Shown here: positions 19,689-30,757 of the stretch, piece after piece | How positions within the stretch are numbered: position 1 is the stretch's first letter | Layout of the letters: each line of letters begins with the position of its first letter | DNA from: Cellvibrionaceae bacterium | Lineage (GTDB): Bacteria > Pseudomonadota > Gammaproteobacteria > Pseudomonadales > Cellvibrionaceae | NCBI GenBank assembly: GCA_050633525.1 | Contig: JBOEGR010000027.1 | Span: 21,872-85,871, forward strand | Reading direction: 5' to 3' | DNA: 64,000 bases | Position numbers and translations under genes: made by a program | The notes under the pieces: generated by a model | The model's database searches: none | What the model was told of the DNA's origin: nothing | What the model saw: only the letters and a program-made list of their open reading frames with translations

Positions 19689-19946
19689 GTAGTAAAGGTA
19701 TTGTATGTGTTTGTATTTATCTAACTATGATTTTAGCTAAATTAAGAGTTTATCCGAATATAACCTCCGAGGGGCCATCTGGCACGAGCTAATTTGCCTG
19801 CTGGTGGAAGAATAAGGATAAAAAGCGTATTATACCGGCCTCCAATCGGGTTCACACCCAAAAAATCATCAATTTTTACTATTATTGCACCAACTCCGTG
19901 CGAGTTGAGTTATTAGTACTAAAGAAAATAAAAGTAGGCCCATTAA

Positions 19947-20438
19947 ATGATTACATTACATACCAATCACGGCGATATCACAATCGAGCTAGATTTTGAT
20001 AAGGCACCGATTAGCTCCGCTAACTTTAAGCAATACGCTGATGATGGTTTTTATGAAGGCACTATATTCCACCGAGTTATTGATGGTTTTATGGTGCAAG
20101 GTGGCGGCTTTGACGCTGAGATGAATCAAAAAGAAACACGTGAGCCAATTGTAAATGAAGCCGATAATGGCTTAAAAAATGATGAATACACGATAGCAAT
20201 GGCTCGAACCATGGACCCTGATAGCGCTAGCGCTCAATTCTTCATCAATGTAAAAGACAATGACTTCTTAAATCATACGGCAAAAACCACCCAGGGCTGG
20301 GGATACTGTGTTTTTGCGAAAGTAACAGAAGGTACTGAAGTTGTTGATAAAATCAAAGGGGTTGCAACGGGTTCAAATGGCTTTCACCAAGACGTACCTG
20401 TCGAAGCAATAGTGATAGAAAAAGTGACTGTTGCGTAA
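19947..20438 (+). CDS. ppiB: Cyclophilin-type peptidyl-prolyl cis-trans isomerase B
   Basis: 163 aa with [14 protein letters not shown] and SASAQFFIN cyclophilin motifs; beside lpxH as in E. coli and Pseudomonas. Confidence 0.93.
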   Translation: MITLHTNHGDITIELDFDKAPISSANFKQYADDGFYEGTIFHRVIDGFMVQGGGFDAEMNQKETREPIVNEADNGLKNDEYTIAMARTMDPDSASAQFFINVKDNDFLNHTAKTTQGWGYCVFAKVTEGTEVVDKIKGVATGSNGFHQDVPVEAIVIEKVTVA

Positions 20439-20476
20439 GCTCTACTGCCAGCATACTCACACCCAGCTAATCGTTC

Positions 20477-21229
20477 ATGATTTACTTTATTTCTGATTTA
20501 CACTTATCTCCTCAAAGGCCTGAGATTACTCAGGCTTTTTATTATTTTCTCAAAAACATTGCCCACGATGCCGAGCAACTTTATATCTTAGGCGACTTTT
20601 TTGATGCTTGGGTGGGCGACGATGATGACACCCCTCTGTTTAGAGAGATAGAGCAAGCATTACTCCATTTTAATAATGCAAAAATCGGCTCAAAACGTAT
20701 TTATTTTATGCACGGCAATCGTGACTTTATGGTAGGTAGCGATTTTGCTGAAAGAACTGGCGTCACCTTATTAGATGATCCTACCTTAATCGATTTGAAT
20801 GGTAACAAAACACTATTGATGCACGGCGATAGTTTATGCACTCTAGATCAAGAATATATGGCATTTAGGCAGACGGTTAGAAACCCAGCCTGGCAAAAAG
20901 AGATACTTAAAAAGCCATTAGAAGAACGATTGGCGATAGCTGCTCAAATGCAGGCGACGAGTCAATCAATGAATAGCATCAAGGCTGAAGACATTATGGA
21001 TGTCACGCCTGAAGAAGTGGTAAAAACAATGGAAGAGAATAAAACAACATTACTTATTCACGGGCACACTCACCGCCCTGACAGGCATACTGTTGAATTA
21101 AACCACCACGTAAAAGCCGAACGCATTGTATTAGGCGACTGGCATCATAAAGCGTGGTATTTGGTGGCTACAGATAACGCCATAGAGCTTAAGCAATTAA
21201 ATCTTTTAGACCTTGCATTTCGCGAATAA
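20477..21229 (+). CDS. lpxH: UDP-2,3-diacylglucosamine diphosphatase
   Basis: Calcineurin-like metallophosphoesterase motifs: FISDLHL, GDFFDAW, HGNRD, GHTHRP. Confidence 0.92.
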   Translation: MIYFISDLHLSPQRPEITQAFYYFLKNIAHDAEQLYILGDFFDAWVGDDDDTPLFREIEQALLHFNNAKIGSKRIYFMHGNRDFMVGSDFAERTGVTLLDDPTLIDLNGNKTLLMHGDSLCTLDQEYMAFRQTVRNPAWQKEILKKPLEERLAIAAQMQATSQSMNSIKAEDIMDVTPEEVVKTMEENKTTLLIHGHTHRPDRHTVELNHHVKAERIVLGDWHHKAWYLVATDNAIELKQLNLLDLAFRE

Positions 21230-21270
21230 AAAGTCGAACTTTACCTAAGGTTAATCAGAGGCTCCCTCAG

Positions 21271-22689
21271 CTACTTCTCATCAGCCATAGCTTGGACAGC
21301 TAATTCGGCCTGAGACAAGAAATGCTTGAATGAATCAAACTGATCTTGACTTAGGTTTTCGTGAGTAAAACCACGATCAGCATAAAATAGTACCGCATTA
21401 CGTCGATTTATGCGCAATATCCCGATAAAAGCGGACTGCTTGCCCATCAAGGTTAATATTTTTTCATTGTAATATTTATCATGAGTTTTTAAATAGTGCT
21501 CATCTAGCCAGACCGGTTGGGACCTAGACAGGCTATCGGCAAAGATGTTACATGCTCCAGCGCTTATATCGAAATCAAACTGCTCGCGCCAACCTTCTGT
21601 AAATTGCCCCAACACGTATTTTGCTTTGATGTGATCCTGCCTAAAAAAAGCTAAAACCATTCTCTCTAAGCCAATACCTCTGTGCATGCCTTCTAAAGCC
21701 ATTTGAAAAACGGTATTGATATCCACATTCTCTGACACTGAATTAGCAAGATCACGCAGTATTTTTAGTTGTAAATTAGCGTCTGCGCTTAGGATTTGAG
21801 TCACTTGTTGCTTTTGTTCACGTTTGATCTCCCTTTCTCTTGGCATGAGATGACACACTTGTGATGCGCCAAATTCTAACGCAACCGCCGCAGCTGACTC
21901 TGAAGACTCGTTAATCAACTTACGAGTATCTGAAATAGCACCGCCGGTAAATGCGGCTACCTGCTGAACCAAAGCCGTTCTGCCTGCTTTATCATTCATA
22001 GATAAACGGCTAATCTTCTCTCCTAACCTAACTGCTTGGGCTTCCTTGGAAACGCTCGAATTAGAAGATAATGCCTCTTGAAGTGCGTCTCCCAAGTTCC
22101 ATACTTTACCCAACTCTCGCGACAAGTTTTTAAAGCTAACACCGAGCTCTTTCTCAATAAGCTCTTGATCACCACTCAAGCAAGATGGTAATTCCTCATC
22201 CAACTTATCCGCTGTTTGGCCCCCATAAGCCCAAAATGCCATTTCACCTAAGTTATAAAGTAAGGCCGCGATAAAGACTTCCTCGAAATGCTTATCACCT
22301 ACCTGCTTAAAAATAGATCGAGCCTGAACAGCGGCATGGAATGACTTTGCCATAGCTTGTAACAAACGCTCTCGCGGCTCTTTACCCAATAGAGAATCAA
22401 CCACAATAAGAGAGATACAGAGTGAACGAACACCGCGAAAACCCAACAATACAATGGCTCGACTGACAGTGCTAATAGTAGAGTTACTAGGGTTATATTG
22501 GACACTATTGGCGATGCGTAGGATTTGCGATGTGAGATGCGGATCTTTTAAAATCACCTCGGCTAACTGGTTTACCTCACTATCATCATCTCCTGTAAGC
22601 CGAGTTAACTGTTTCATTACCGCAGATAAGACCGGCATCTCTGTTTTGCTGAGTTTATCTACCCAATGATTAGGGCCTTTATTTGACAT
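21271..22689 (-). CDS. HDOD domain signalling protein with a C-terminal GAF-like domain
   Basis: HDOD pattern: MPVLSAVMKQL...LAEVILKDPHLTSQILRIANS...AIVLLGFRGVRSL. Confidence 0.75.
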   Translation of the reverse strand: MSNKGPNHWVDKLSKTEMPVLSAVMKQLTRLTGDDDSEVNQLAEVILKDPHLTSQILRIANSVQYNPSNSTISTVSRAIVLLGFRGVRSLCISLIVVDSLLGKEPRERLLQAMAKSFHAAVQARSIFKQVGDKHFEEVFIAALLYNLGEMAFWAYGGQTADKLDEELPSCLSGDQELIEKELGVSFKNLSRELGKVWNLGDALQEALSSNSSVSKEAQAVRLGEKISRLSMNDKAGRTALVQQVAAFTGGAISDTRKLINESSESAAAVALEFGASQVCHLMPREREIKREQKQQVTQILSADANLQLKILRDLANSVSENVDINTVFQMALEGMHRGIGLERMVLAFFRQDHIKAKYVLGQFTEGWREQFDFDISAGACNIFADSLSRSQPVWLDEHYLKTHDKYYNEKILTLMGKQSAFIGILRINRRNAVLFYADRGFTHENLSQDQFDSFKHFLSQAELAVQAMADEK

Positions 22690-22764
22690 GACGTTTACTT
22701 TACTCTGTAGCTATAATGGTACAAATAAGTATAGACAAACCTTTCAAAAACGGGATAAAAGCAC

Positions 22765-24699
22765 TTGCATCGACCAAACTCTCGGACAAATAAAGAAAAT
22801 ATCTTTACTCAATATTGTGATTCATCGACTTTAATACTCATAATCATGGTATTACTACCACTTAATTCCAATAACCTTTGGGCTTTCGAAGCTTCTCCAG
22901 ATCAAAAAACCATCAAAAGTCATGCGATTGCCATGCATGGTGAACCTAAATATTCCAAAAATTTCTCCCATTTTTCTTACACCTCACCCAAAGCAAAGAA
23001 AGGTGGGAATATCAGGTTATATGGCTTTGGAACCTTTGACAGCCTCAACGAATTTATAGCGAAAGGGAATCCAGCGGACAACCTTGAGCTGCTCTATGAT
23101 TCTCTTACCAAGCAAGCTATGGATGAACCATTTACACAATATGGTTTAGTTGCACACACTATCGAATACCCTGAAGACCGTAGTTGGGTTATTTTTCACC
23201 TTCGTTCACAAGCCAAGTTTCACGATGGAAAAAATATTACCGCAGATGATGTTGTTTTTAGTTTCAATTTATTAATTGAAAAAGGAAACCCCGCTTACAA
23301 ATTTTTCTACGCTGATGTCGAAAAAGTTGAAGCTATCAACGCCAATAAAGTTAAATTCTCCTTTAGAAACACTCAGAATAGAGAGCTTGCACTATCTGTT
23401 GGTCAACTACCCATTTTCCCACAACATTTTTGGCAAGATAAGGAATTTGACAAAAGCAGTTTAGAAACACCTTTAGGCAGCGGACCTTACCGTATACAGA
23501 AAGTCGACCCTGGCCGAAAAATCACCTATGAGCGCGTCAAAGAATACTGGGGGAAAGATTTAGCAATTAACCGATATCTTTATAATTTTGACCACATTAG
23601 TATCGATTATTATCGCGATATGAGTGTTGCAGTAGAAGCATTAAAAGCAGACGAATATGATTATCGTTGGGAAAACTCCTCTAAATTTTGGGCGACAGCT
23701 TATGATATTCCCGCTGTTAAAAAAGGCGATTTAATCACTCGTGAGTTGGCCCACAAAGCCAATAGTGGTATACAGGCTTTTGTTTTCAATTTACGCAAAC
23801 CTCTGTTTCAAGATATCGAATTACGCAAAGCCATTAGTTATGCGTTTGATTTTGAATGGTCAAACAAAACACTCTTCTATGGTGCTTATGATCGCTCTAA
23901 CAGCTATTTTTCTAACAGCGATTTTGCTGCAACTGACTTACCAAACACAAAAGAATTAGCCTTACTTGAGCCCTATCGTGAGCAATTACCTGAAAGCGTA
24001 TTTACCCAAGTTTATCAACCGCCTAAAAGCGATGGAAAAAATCGCAATAGAACAAACCTTCGTAAAGCCAAAAAACTACTGGATAATGCTGGATATAAAG
24101 TAATAGATAATCAATTGTACAATTCAAAAAAACAAGCAATCCAATTTGAAATTTTACTTGTATCCCCTGGTTTCGAACGTATAGTCAACCCTTTTATTAA
24201 AGGCTTATCTCGATTAGGTATTACTGCCAATATTCGCTTAGTAGATACGTCACAATATATTAATCGCTCTCGTAGCTTTGACTTCGACATGCTAGTAAAG
24301 GTATTTCAACAAAGTGAATCTCCAGGTAATGAACAGCGAAACCTTTGGGGTTCAGAAGCAGCAAAAACACAAGGTAGCCAAAATATTATAGGCATTCAAA
24401 ACCCCGTTATTGATTCACTTGTGGCCAACATTGTTAATGCAAGAGCAAGAGAAGATCTCGTTATTGCAACACGCGCTTTAGATCGTGTACTACTCCACAA
24501 CCATTATGTTATCCCGCAATGGTTTAAAGCTTCTAATCGAATTGCTTATTGGGATCGCTTTGGCATCCCAGAAATAGTTCCTATATACGACCGATATTAT
24601 CGAACCGGTATTTACACTTGGTGGTATGATAAAAACAAAGCAGACAATATTAAACAAGTCGCTAAGGGAGAAGATCAAACTAAGGAAGAAAAACAATAA
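22765..24699 (+). CDS. yejA: ABC transporter periplasmic substrate-binding protein, family 5 (YejA-like peptide/microcin C type)
   Basis: HGEPKY...FSHFSYTSPKAKKGGNIRL is typical of YejA. It is followed by yejB/E/F-like genes. The track start is TTG; an ATG at 22846 is an alternative, so the start is uncertain. Confidence 0.85.
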   Translation: MHRPNSRTNKENIFTQYCDSSTLILIIMVLLPLNSNNLWAFEASPDQKTIKSHAIAMHGEPKYSKNFSHFSYTSPKAKKGGNIRLYGFGTFDSLNEFIAKGNPADNLELLYDSLTKQAMDEPFTQYGLVAHTIEYPEDRSWVIFHLRSQAKFHDGKNITADDVVFSFNLLIEKGNPAYKFFYADVEKVEAINANKVKFSFRNTQNRELALSVGQLPIFPQHFWQDKEFDKSSLETPLGSGPYRIQKVDPGRKITYERVKEYWGKDLAINRYLYNFDHISIDYYRDMSVAVEALKADEYDYRWENSSKFWATAYDIPAVKKGDLITRELAHKANSGIQAFVFNLRKPLFQDIELRKAISYAFDFEWSNKTLFYGAYDRSNSYFSNSDFAATDLPNTKELALLEPYREQLPESVFTQVYQPPKSDGKNRNRTNLRKAKKLLDNAGYKVIDNQLYNSKKQAIQFEILLVSPGFERIVNPFIKGLSRLGITANIRLVDTSQYINRSRSFDFDMLVKVFQQSESPGNEQRNLWGSEAAKTQGSQNIIGIQNPVIDSLVANIVNARAREDLVIATRALDRVLLHNHYVIPQWFKASNRIAYWDRFGIPEIVPIYDRYYRTGIYTWWYDKNKADNIKQVAKGEDQTKEEKQ

Positions 24700-24723
24700 T
24701 ACTATGAACATTCTATAAACCTT

Positions 24724-25803
24724 ATGGGCATCTACATACTTCGTCGCTTATTACTCATTATTCCAACACTATTTGGAATATTACTACTTAACTTTTTAAT
24801 TATACAAGCTGCACCAGGCGGACCCGTAGAACAGATGATCGCTAATATTCAAGGCGATTCCGTTGGTAACACGGATCGAACCAGTGGCAGTAGCACCAGC
24901 TTTGAAAGTAGCCAACAAGGCAATAATCAATATCGTGGGTCCCAAGGCTTGCCCCCTGAGATCGTAAAGGAAATTGAAGAATTATATGGTTTTGATAAAC
25001 CTGCTTATATTCGCTTTTTTGATATGGTGACAAGTTATTTACGTTTTGATTTTGGTGATAGTTTTTTTCGTAACACTTCTGTAATTGACCTGTTAAAAGA
25101 AAAGCTGCCTGTGACTATCTCTTTAGGCTTATGGAGCACACTCCTCATTTACCTAATTTCTATTCCTATGGGAATTTATAAATCAGTTCACCATGGCAAT
25201 CGATTTGATATTGCTACTAGCTTTGTGGTGATCATTGCCAATGCTATTCCTAGCTTTATTCTTGGTATTTTACTGATCGTTGTTTTTGCGGGCGGTAGCT
25301 TTTTAGACTGGTTTCCCTTGCGTGGTTTAACTTCAGACAATTTCGAGGAACTGAGTTTACTTGGCAAAATTAAAGATTACTTTTGGCATTTAGCCTTACC
25401 ATTAACCGCCTATACCTTAGGAGGTTTTGCTACCTTGACCATGCTGACTAAAAATTCATTTCTTGATGAGATCAATAAACAATATGTTACTACAGCAAAA
25501 GCAAAAGGATTGAGTGAACGGCGAGTGCTTTATGGACATGTCTTTCGTAATGCGATGCTCATCGTAGTATCGGGGTTTCCTGCGGCTTTTTTGAGTATAT
25601 TTATTACTGGGTCACTGTTAATAGAAGTTATTTTCTCGCTAGATGGCTTGGGTTTACTTGGCTTCGAATCGATATTAAACCGCGATTATCCGGTAATATT
25701 TGGCACACTATTTATATTTACCCTTCTCTCATTGATCATCAAACTTATCTCCGATCTTGTTTATGTATTAATAGACCCTCGCATTGACTTTGAGGGCCGT
25801 TAA
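24724..25803 (+). CDS. yejB: ABC transporter permease (YejB-like)
   Basis: N-terminal YILRRLLLIIPTLFGILLLNFLIIQAAPGGP and a DppB/OppB-type permease core. Confidence 0.9.
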   Translation: MGIYILRRLLLIIPTLFGILLLNFLIIQAAPGGPVEQMIANIQGDSVGNTDRTSGSSTSFESSQQGNNQYRGSQGLPPEIVKEIEELYGFDKPAYIRFFDMVTSYLRFDFGDSFFRNTSVIDLLKEKLPVTISLGLWSTLLIYLISIPMGIYKSVHHGNRFDIATSFVVIIANAIPSFILGILLIVVFAGGSFLDWFPLRGLTSDNFEELSLLGKIKDYFWHLALPLTAYTLGGFATLTMLTKNSFLDEINKQYVTTAKAKGLSERRVLYGHVFRNAMLIVVSGFPAAFLSIFITGSLLIEVIFSLDGLGLLGFESILNRDYPVIFGTLFIFTLLSLIIKLISDLVYVLIDPRIDFEGR

Positions 25804-25804
25804 G

Positions 25805-26866
25805 ATGAATGTACTAACACTATTTCGACACCTAAAGAGTGACAACCTAAGCCCCATTAACCAACGCCGTTGGCAAGCATTTATTGGAAATCGCCGTGCT
25901 CTATGGAGCTTACGGCTCTTTTTAATTTTATTTTTTGTGAGTTTATTTGCAGAAATTATCGCTAACGATAAACCGCTGCTCGTCTATTATGACAATGGCA
26001 TTTATGCCCCTGTTTTAAACTCTTACCCTGAAACAACATTTGATGGTGATTTTGATACCGAAGCTGATTATAGCGACCCTTATGTCATTAATTTAATTAA
26101 AACCAAGGGTTGGCTTTTGTGGCCACCCGTCCCTTTTAGTTTCGACACCCACATCTCTGACTTACCACAACCAGCGCCATCTCCTCCTACGTGGCAAAAT
26201 TGGTTAGGTACAGATGACCAAGCTCGAGACGTTTTTGCTCGCGTCCTTTACGGCTTTCGTATCTCCATTTTATTTGCCTTGGCGCTGACTATTGGTAGCA
26301 GTGTAATTGGTATTGCAATTGGTGCAATACAAGGTTATTACGGAGGCCGAATTGACCTCTACGGACAAAGAATATTAGAAATTTGGAGCGGCTTACCACA
26401 ATTATTTGTGTTAATTATTCTGGCGAGTTTAATTCAACCCAACTTTTGGTGGCTACTTGGTGTCATGTTGTTATTTAGCTGGACGAATTTAGTTGATGTC
26501 GTCAGAGCTGAGTTTCTGCGTGGCCGCAATTTAGATTACGTAAGAGCCGCTAAAGCTCTTGGAGTCAGCAATATCACGGTTATGCGACGACATATTTTAC
26601 CCAATGCGGTCGTTGCAACTATGACTATGCTACCTTTTATTTTAACTGCTGCCATCACCAGCTTAACGGCCTTAGACTTTCTTGGCTTTGGTTTACCTGC
26701 AGGTTCAGCCTCTTTAGGCGAACTTATGTCTCAAGGGAAAGGTAACTTACATGCACCCTGGTTAGCCTTAACTGCTTTTTTTGTTCTATCTATCATGCTG
26801 ACATTGTTAGTATTTATCGGTGAAGGCGTACGGGATGCATTTGATCCTCGTTTGCTCATACAATAA
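25805..26866 (+). CDS. yejE: ABC transporter permease (YejE-like)
   Basis: DppC/OppC-type permease (LGTDDQARDVFARVLYG). I place the start at the ATG at 25805, just after the yejB stop, instead of the TTG at 25784 in the track. Confidence 0.88.
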   Translation: MNVLTLFRHLKSDNLSPINQRRWQAFIGNRRALWSLRLFLILFFVSLFAEIIANDKPLLVYYDNGIYAPVLNSYPETTFDGDFDTEADYSDPYVINLIKTKGWLLWPPVPFSFDTHISDLPQPAPSPPTWQNWLGTDDQARDVFARVLYGFRISILFALALTIGSSVIGIAIGAIQGYYGGRIDLYGQRILEIWSGLPQLFVLIILASLIQPNFWWLLGVMLLFSWTNLVDVVRAEFLRGRNLDYVRAAKALGVSNITVMRRHILPNAVVATMTMLPFILTAAITSLTALDFLGFGLPAGSASLGELMSQGKGNLHAPWLALTAFFVLSIMLTLLVFIGEGVRDAFDPRLLIQ

Positions 26867-26912
26867 TGAAACCACCACCGCTTACCACTCGCGTTTGTAG
26901 AAAGTAAAGTTT

Positions 26913-28562
26913 ATGACCCTTTTATCTGTTGATAACTTATCTATATCGTTCCATCGAGGCAGCGATCAACCTGCCGCCCACATTGTGAAGAACATTAGTT
27001 TTCATATCGGTGATAATGGTAAAAATCATGACACTAAAAACAAACACTATGAAACAGTCGCCCTAGTCGGCGAATCAGGCTCGGGGAAATCATTAACTGC
27101 CCACGCCATTATGCGCTTACTCCCCTACCCCAGTGCATTTCACCCTAGCGGCAATATAAACTTCGACAACAAAGAATTATTAAGCTTACCCGATGGCGCT
27201 ATGCGTGGCATCAGAGGGTCCGATATTGGGATGATTTTTCAGGAGCCCATGAATGCATTAAACCCATTGCATACCGTTGAAAAACAAATTAGTGAAATAC
27301 TGGGAATTCACCGGCAAAAACTCAATTCACAGCAAATTCGTGAAGAAACACTCGCCTTACTTCGACAAGTTCGCATCAAAGACCCTGAAAACAGACTAGC
27401 ATCTTACCCACATCAATTATCAGGAGGGCAACGCCAGAGAGTAATGATTGCAATGGCCTTAGCCAACCGTCCTAAGTTATTAATCGCTGATGAACCAACA
27501 ACAGCTCTCGACGTTACTATACAAAAAGATATTCTAGATTTACTAAAAGAGTTACAACAAAAATTTAAAATGAATATCTTATTAATCACCCATGATTTAG
27601 GCGTAGTAAAGTATATTGCTGATCGCGTATTAGTGATGCAAAACGGTCAAATTGTCGAATCAAACGACACCAATGCTTTATTTTCTAAACCCGAAAACGC
27701 TTACACGCAAGCACTCATCCATAACAAGCCGGGAGGAGAAGCGGCTACCTTAAAAAAAGCACTCGATGATTTACCCTCAGTTATGTGTACAAAATCACTC
27801 AGCGTTGGCTTTCCCACCAAAAAACCTTTATTTGGTCGCTGCAAGGACTTTTTTAAAGCCTTGGATAATATTGATATTCAAGTAATAACAGGAAGTACAT
27901 TAGGCATTGTTGGCGAAAGCGGTTCTGGAAAATCAACCCTTGCTTTAGCAATGCTGAATCTACTCCAGTCTTCCTGTGCTATATCAGGAAAAATACAACT
28001 GGGTGATATTGTCATTAATACATTGAAAGAGAAGGAGATTCGACCTTTACGAGAGAAAATGCAAATTGTGTTTCAAGATCCGTTTGCTAGTCTCAGTCCA
28101 CGAATGAGCATCGAACAAATCATTAGCGAAGGTCTCAAGTTACACAGTGATTTAAATAAAGAGCACATCTCTAAAAAAGTAATAGAAATAATGAGAGAGG
28201 TTGATTTAGACCCTGATACACGACACCGCTACCCCCATGAATTTTCAGGCGGACAAAGACAACGTATCGCCATTGCCAGAGCACTTGTATTAAACCCAAG
28301 CATACTTTTCTTAGATGAACCGACATCCGCACTTGACCGCACCGTTCAAATGCAAGTCATAACTCTGCTGAGACGCTTACAAGAAAGTCGCGGCCTCTCT
28401 TATATTTTTATCAGTCACGATGTTCATGTAATCAAAGCATTAAGCCATCAAATAGCTGTAATGAAATCGGGTAAAATTGTAGAGTTTGGTGACACAAAAC
28501 AAGTATTAAATACGCCTCAGCATCCTTATACCCAAACATTATTATCTTCAACTTTAGACTAA
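26913..28562 (+). CDS. yejF: Dual-ATPase ABC transporter ATP-binding protein (YejF-like)
   Basis: Two Walker A motifs (GESGSGKS twice), two LSGGQRQR signatures, and two Walker B motifs (LLIADEPTTALD, LFLDEPTSALD). Confidence 0.92.
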   Translation: MTLLSVDNLSISFHRGSDQPAAHIVKNISFHIGDNGKNHDTKNKHYETVALVGESGSGKSLTAHAIMRLLPYPSAFHPSGNINFDNKELLSLPDGAMRGIRGSDIGMIFQEPMNALNPLHTVEKQISEILGIHRQKLNSQQIREETLALLRQVRIKDPENRLASYPHQLSGGQRQRVMIAMALANRPKLLIADEPTTALDVTIQKDILDLLKELQQKFKMNILLITHDLGVVKYIADRVLVMQNGQIVESNDTNALFSKPENAYTQALIHNKPGGEAATLKKALDDLPSVMCTKSLSVGFPTKKPLFGRCKDFFKALDNIDIQVITGSTLGIVGESGSGKSTLALAMLNLLQSSCAISGKIQLGDIVINTLKEKEIRPLREKMQIVFQDPFASLSPRMSIEQIISEGLKLHSDLNKEHISKKVIEIMREVDLDPDTRHRYPHEFSGGQRQRIAIARALVLNPSILFLDEPTSALDRTVQMQVITLLRRLQESRGLSYIFISHDVHVIKALSHQIAVMKSGKIVEFGDTKQVLNTPQHPYTQTLLSSTLD

Positions 28563-28604
28563 GGTCTAGAGTTTTTGTCGCGTTATGATTAGCTTGCTAT
28601 AGGC

Positions 28605-28790
28605 TTACATTACTTGTTTTACGAGTTTTGCATTATCGCATTCACAACTTGAACAAGGTTTATTATTTTCTTCTTCTTTTTTAGAATCCATTTTTATATG
28701 TCGATAAGAGTAAACACCGATATACCCCATCATTACCAAAATTAATGCAATCATTAGTAAACTAAATAATATTACGCCGTCGATATACAT
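28605..28790 (-). CDS. Small hypothetical single-TM protein with a C-terminal Cys cluster
   Basis: 61 aa, one TM segment, CSSCECD near the C-terminus. Coding status is uncertain. Confidence 0.3.
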   Translation of the reverse strand: MYIDGVILFSLLMIALILVMMGYIGVYSYRHIKMDSKKEEENNKPCSSCECDNAKLVKQVM

Positions 28791-28941
28791 ATAATCACCT
28801 CTGCTTGTCTACAGGTGCACTATAACAATGCAAGTCGTGAGGTGATTTGATTTAAATCAACAATAAACTTATTACAATTATGACAAATAAATTAAAAAGA
28901 AAACTTTATAAGCTTAAGCTAAACTATTCATCGAAAACTGT

Positions 28942-28969
28942 TTGACATGGGGCTAAATGGGCGTACAAT
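28942..28969 (+). promoter_or_regulatory. Candidate sigma70 promoter of the cold-shock gene (implies a ~180-nt 5' UTR)
   Basis: TTGACA at 28942-28947, 16-bp spacer, TACAAT at 28964-28969. The start codon is at 29154. Confidence 0.5.
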
Positions 28970-29153
28970 CCGTCGTGCTAGAAAAAGAACACTCTATTTA
29001 TTTTAAGCGTATCGAAGTTACATGTAATACCTCGTCCTAAAGTTTATAAGTAATAGATCTATTTCCTGCTCAATCGCCCCTTTTTGGCAAATGACTCTTT
29101 TGAGATCATAGACAATAAAAGGGCATTATTTACTTTTTCCAATAGGATATATT

Positions 29154-29363
29154 ATGTCTAACAAAGTTACCGGTACTGTTAAGTGGTTCAACGAAGCTAA
29201 AGGTTTTGGTTTTATTCAACAAGAGTCTGGCCCAGACGTTTTCGCTCATTTCAGCGCTATTTCTGGTTCTGGCTTCAAAACATTGGCTGAAGGCCAACGT
29301 GTAGAATTTACTGTTACTAGCGGTCAAAAAGGCCCACAAGCTGAAGATATCGTTGCTATATAA
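29154..29363 (+). CDS. CspA-family cold-shock protein
   Basis: 69 aa with RNP1 KGFGFI and RNP2 VFAHF motifs ([30 protein letters not shown]). Confidence 0.96.
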   Translation: MSNKVTGTVKWFNEAKGFGFIQQESGPDVFAHFSAISGSGFKTLAEGQRVEFTVTSGQKGPQAEDIVAI

Positions 29364-29400
29364 GCACTTATCTTATAGTTAGCTTGTAGCTAAACAGTAT

Positions 29401-29425
29401 AAAAAGGGCTTATTAGCCCTTTTTT
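29401..29425. terminator. Bidirectional Rho-independent terminator (cold-shock gene / patatin)
   Basis: aaaaAGGGCTtattAGCCCTttttt: a 6-bp stem with flanking A and T runs that extend it. Confidence 0.75.
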
Positions 29426-29471
29426 ATTGTCTGCAAATCGAAGAATACCCTCCCCCTGTCGCATTCACCTC

Positions 29472-30620
29472 CTAATTCCAGAAAAAATCCTGAATTGCCT
29501 CTTTTTCCCACATGGCGTCTTGGTAGCCCAAATCGATCAACTCATTGGTAAACGAAGGAGAGAACAATAAATAACTGGATATACCTGAGCCACCACGCTT
29601 CGCTGTTGCACCAGACGATCTCAAAAAGAACCTGAGATTTTTGGGCAGGTAGCGAATATGGCGTCCCGCTATCTTATCTAACTCTTTAGAAGGCGAAATA
29701 ATCAGGGTTTTAATCGGTCTTAAAGGCACCTTTTGCTCTTCACGAATCTCTTGAGGGACTAAGTCCACCAGTGCATTCACTCGCTCAAGGTGCTCGATAT
29801 CAGCTTCGAGGCTATCAATAAAAGCACTGTTCAGCATTTGCCCCGCCATCTGCGCCATCGATGGAGGGTGACGAGCAGGCGTCCGACGCCGCTTTAAATT
29901 AACTGCACGATTGCCACTGACACCAATAATAAAGGCCTTATCAGCACCAAGGTGCAATACAGGGCTAATTGGCGCAAGCTGACGCATCGCACCATCACCA
30001 AAATACTCATTACCAATACGTACGGTAGGAAATACCAAAGGAATAGCAGAAGAGGCTAATAAATGCTCCATTCCTATTTGTGTACTGACACCCAAGCGGC
30101 GAAAACGGCTCCACTCCTCTAGCCCCTCCTCTCCTTGAAAGAAATTTACCGAATTACTGGAACTGTAACCAAGCGCAGCAACAGACACGGCCTTGAGAAT
30201 GCCATGGTCTATATTGGCCTGAATACCAGGGAAGTGGATGTTCTGCTTTAAAAAACTATTCAGGGGCGAATTATCTAATAAACTAAGCGGGCGATGGTAA
30301 TCGACACCTTCATTGAAAAAAGACCGAGCTATACGGTATACACCACCGGAAAGATCACGCCAACCGGTTCGAAATACATGCTCTATGGTTAATTCACTCC
30401 ATAACTTTTGCAAAACCCCCACACCCTTCTGAAAATCATCGCTATTAGAGGCCAGAGAAACCGCATTAATGGCTCCAGCAGAAGTTCCTGCGATAATGGG
30501 AAAAGGGTTAGTTTGGGGAGGAAGAATATCTTTTAAGGCTTGCAACACACCAACTTGATAAGCTGCTCGTGCACCACCGCCAGACAATACCAGTGCCGTA
30601 TTATTTTCAAGAATGCTCAT
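29472..30620 (-). CDS. Patatin-like phospholipase
   Basis: Oxyanion motif SGGGARAAYQVG, GxSxG nucleophile GTSAGA, catalytic Asp motif FGDGAM. Confidence 0.88.
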   Translation of the reverse strand: MSILENNTALVLSGGGARAAYQVGVLQALKDILPPQTNPFPIIAGTSAGAINAVSLASNSDDFQKGVGVLQKLWSELTIEHVFRTGWRDLSGGVYRIARSFFNEGVDYHRPLSLLDNSPLNSFLKQNIHFPGIQANIDHGILKAVSVAALGYSSSNSVNFFQGEEGLEEWSRFRRLGVSTQIGMEHLLASSAIPLVFPTVRIGNEYFGDGAMRQLAPISPVLHLGADKAFIIGVSGNRAVNLKRRRTPARHPPSMAQMAGQMLNSAFIDSLEADIEHLERVNALVDLVPQEIREEQKVPLRPIKTLIISPSKELDKIAGRHIRYLPKNLRFFLRSSGATAKRGGSGISSYLLFSPSFTNELIDLGYQDAMWEKEAIQDFFWN

Positions 30621-30757
30621 TCACGTCCTTACGCGTTTGTTGGTAGAATCTCTGAGCAAGTGTGATCTGGGCCTTAACCCGCGAGTATCACTCATGACAT
30701 ACCCAGAGTTTTTCTTATATCTTTTCAGTATAGTCGATTCTAACTAGCTAGAAACTC

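Noticed and set aside
29472-30620. Patatin-like phospholipase as a possible CBASS or other defence effector.
   Set aside because: There is no adjacent cyclase, sensor, or other defence-type partner gene. The neighbours are a cold-shock gene and fadD. It is more consistent with a housekeeping RssA-like lipase.
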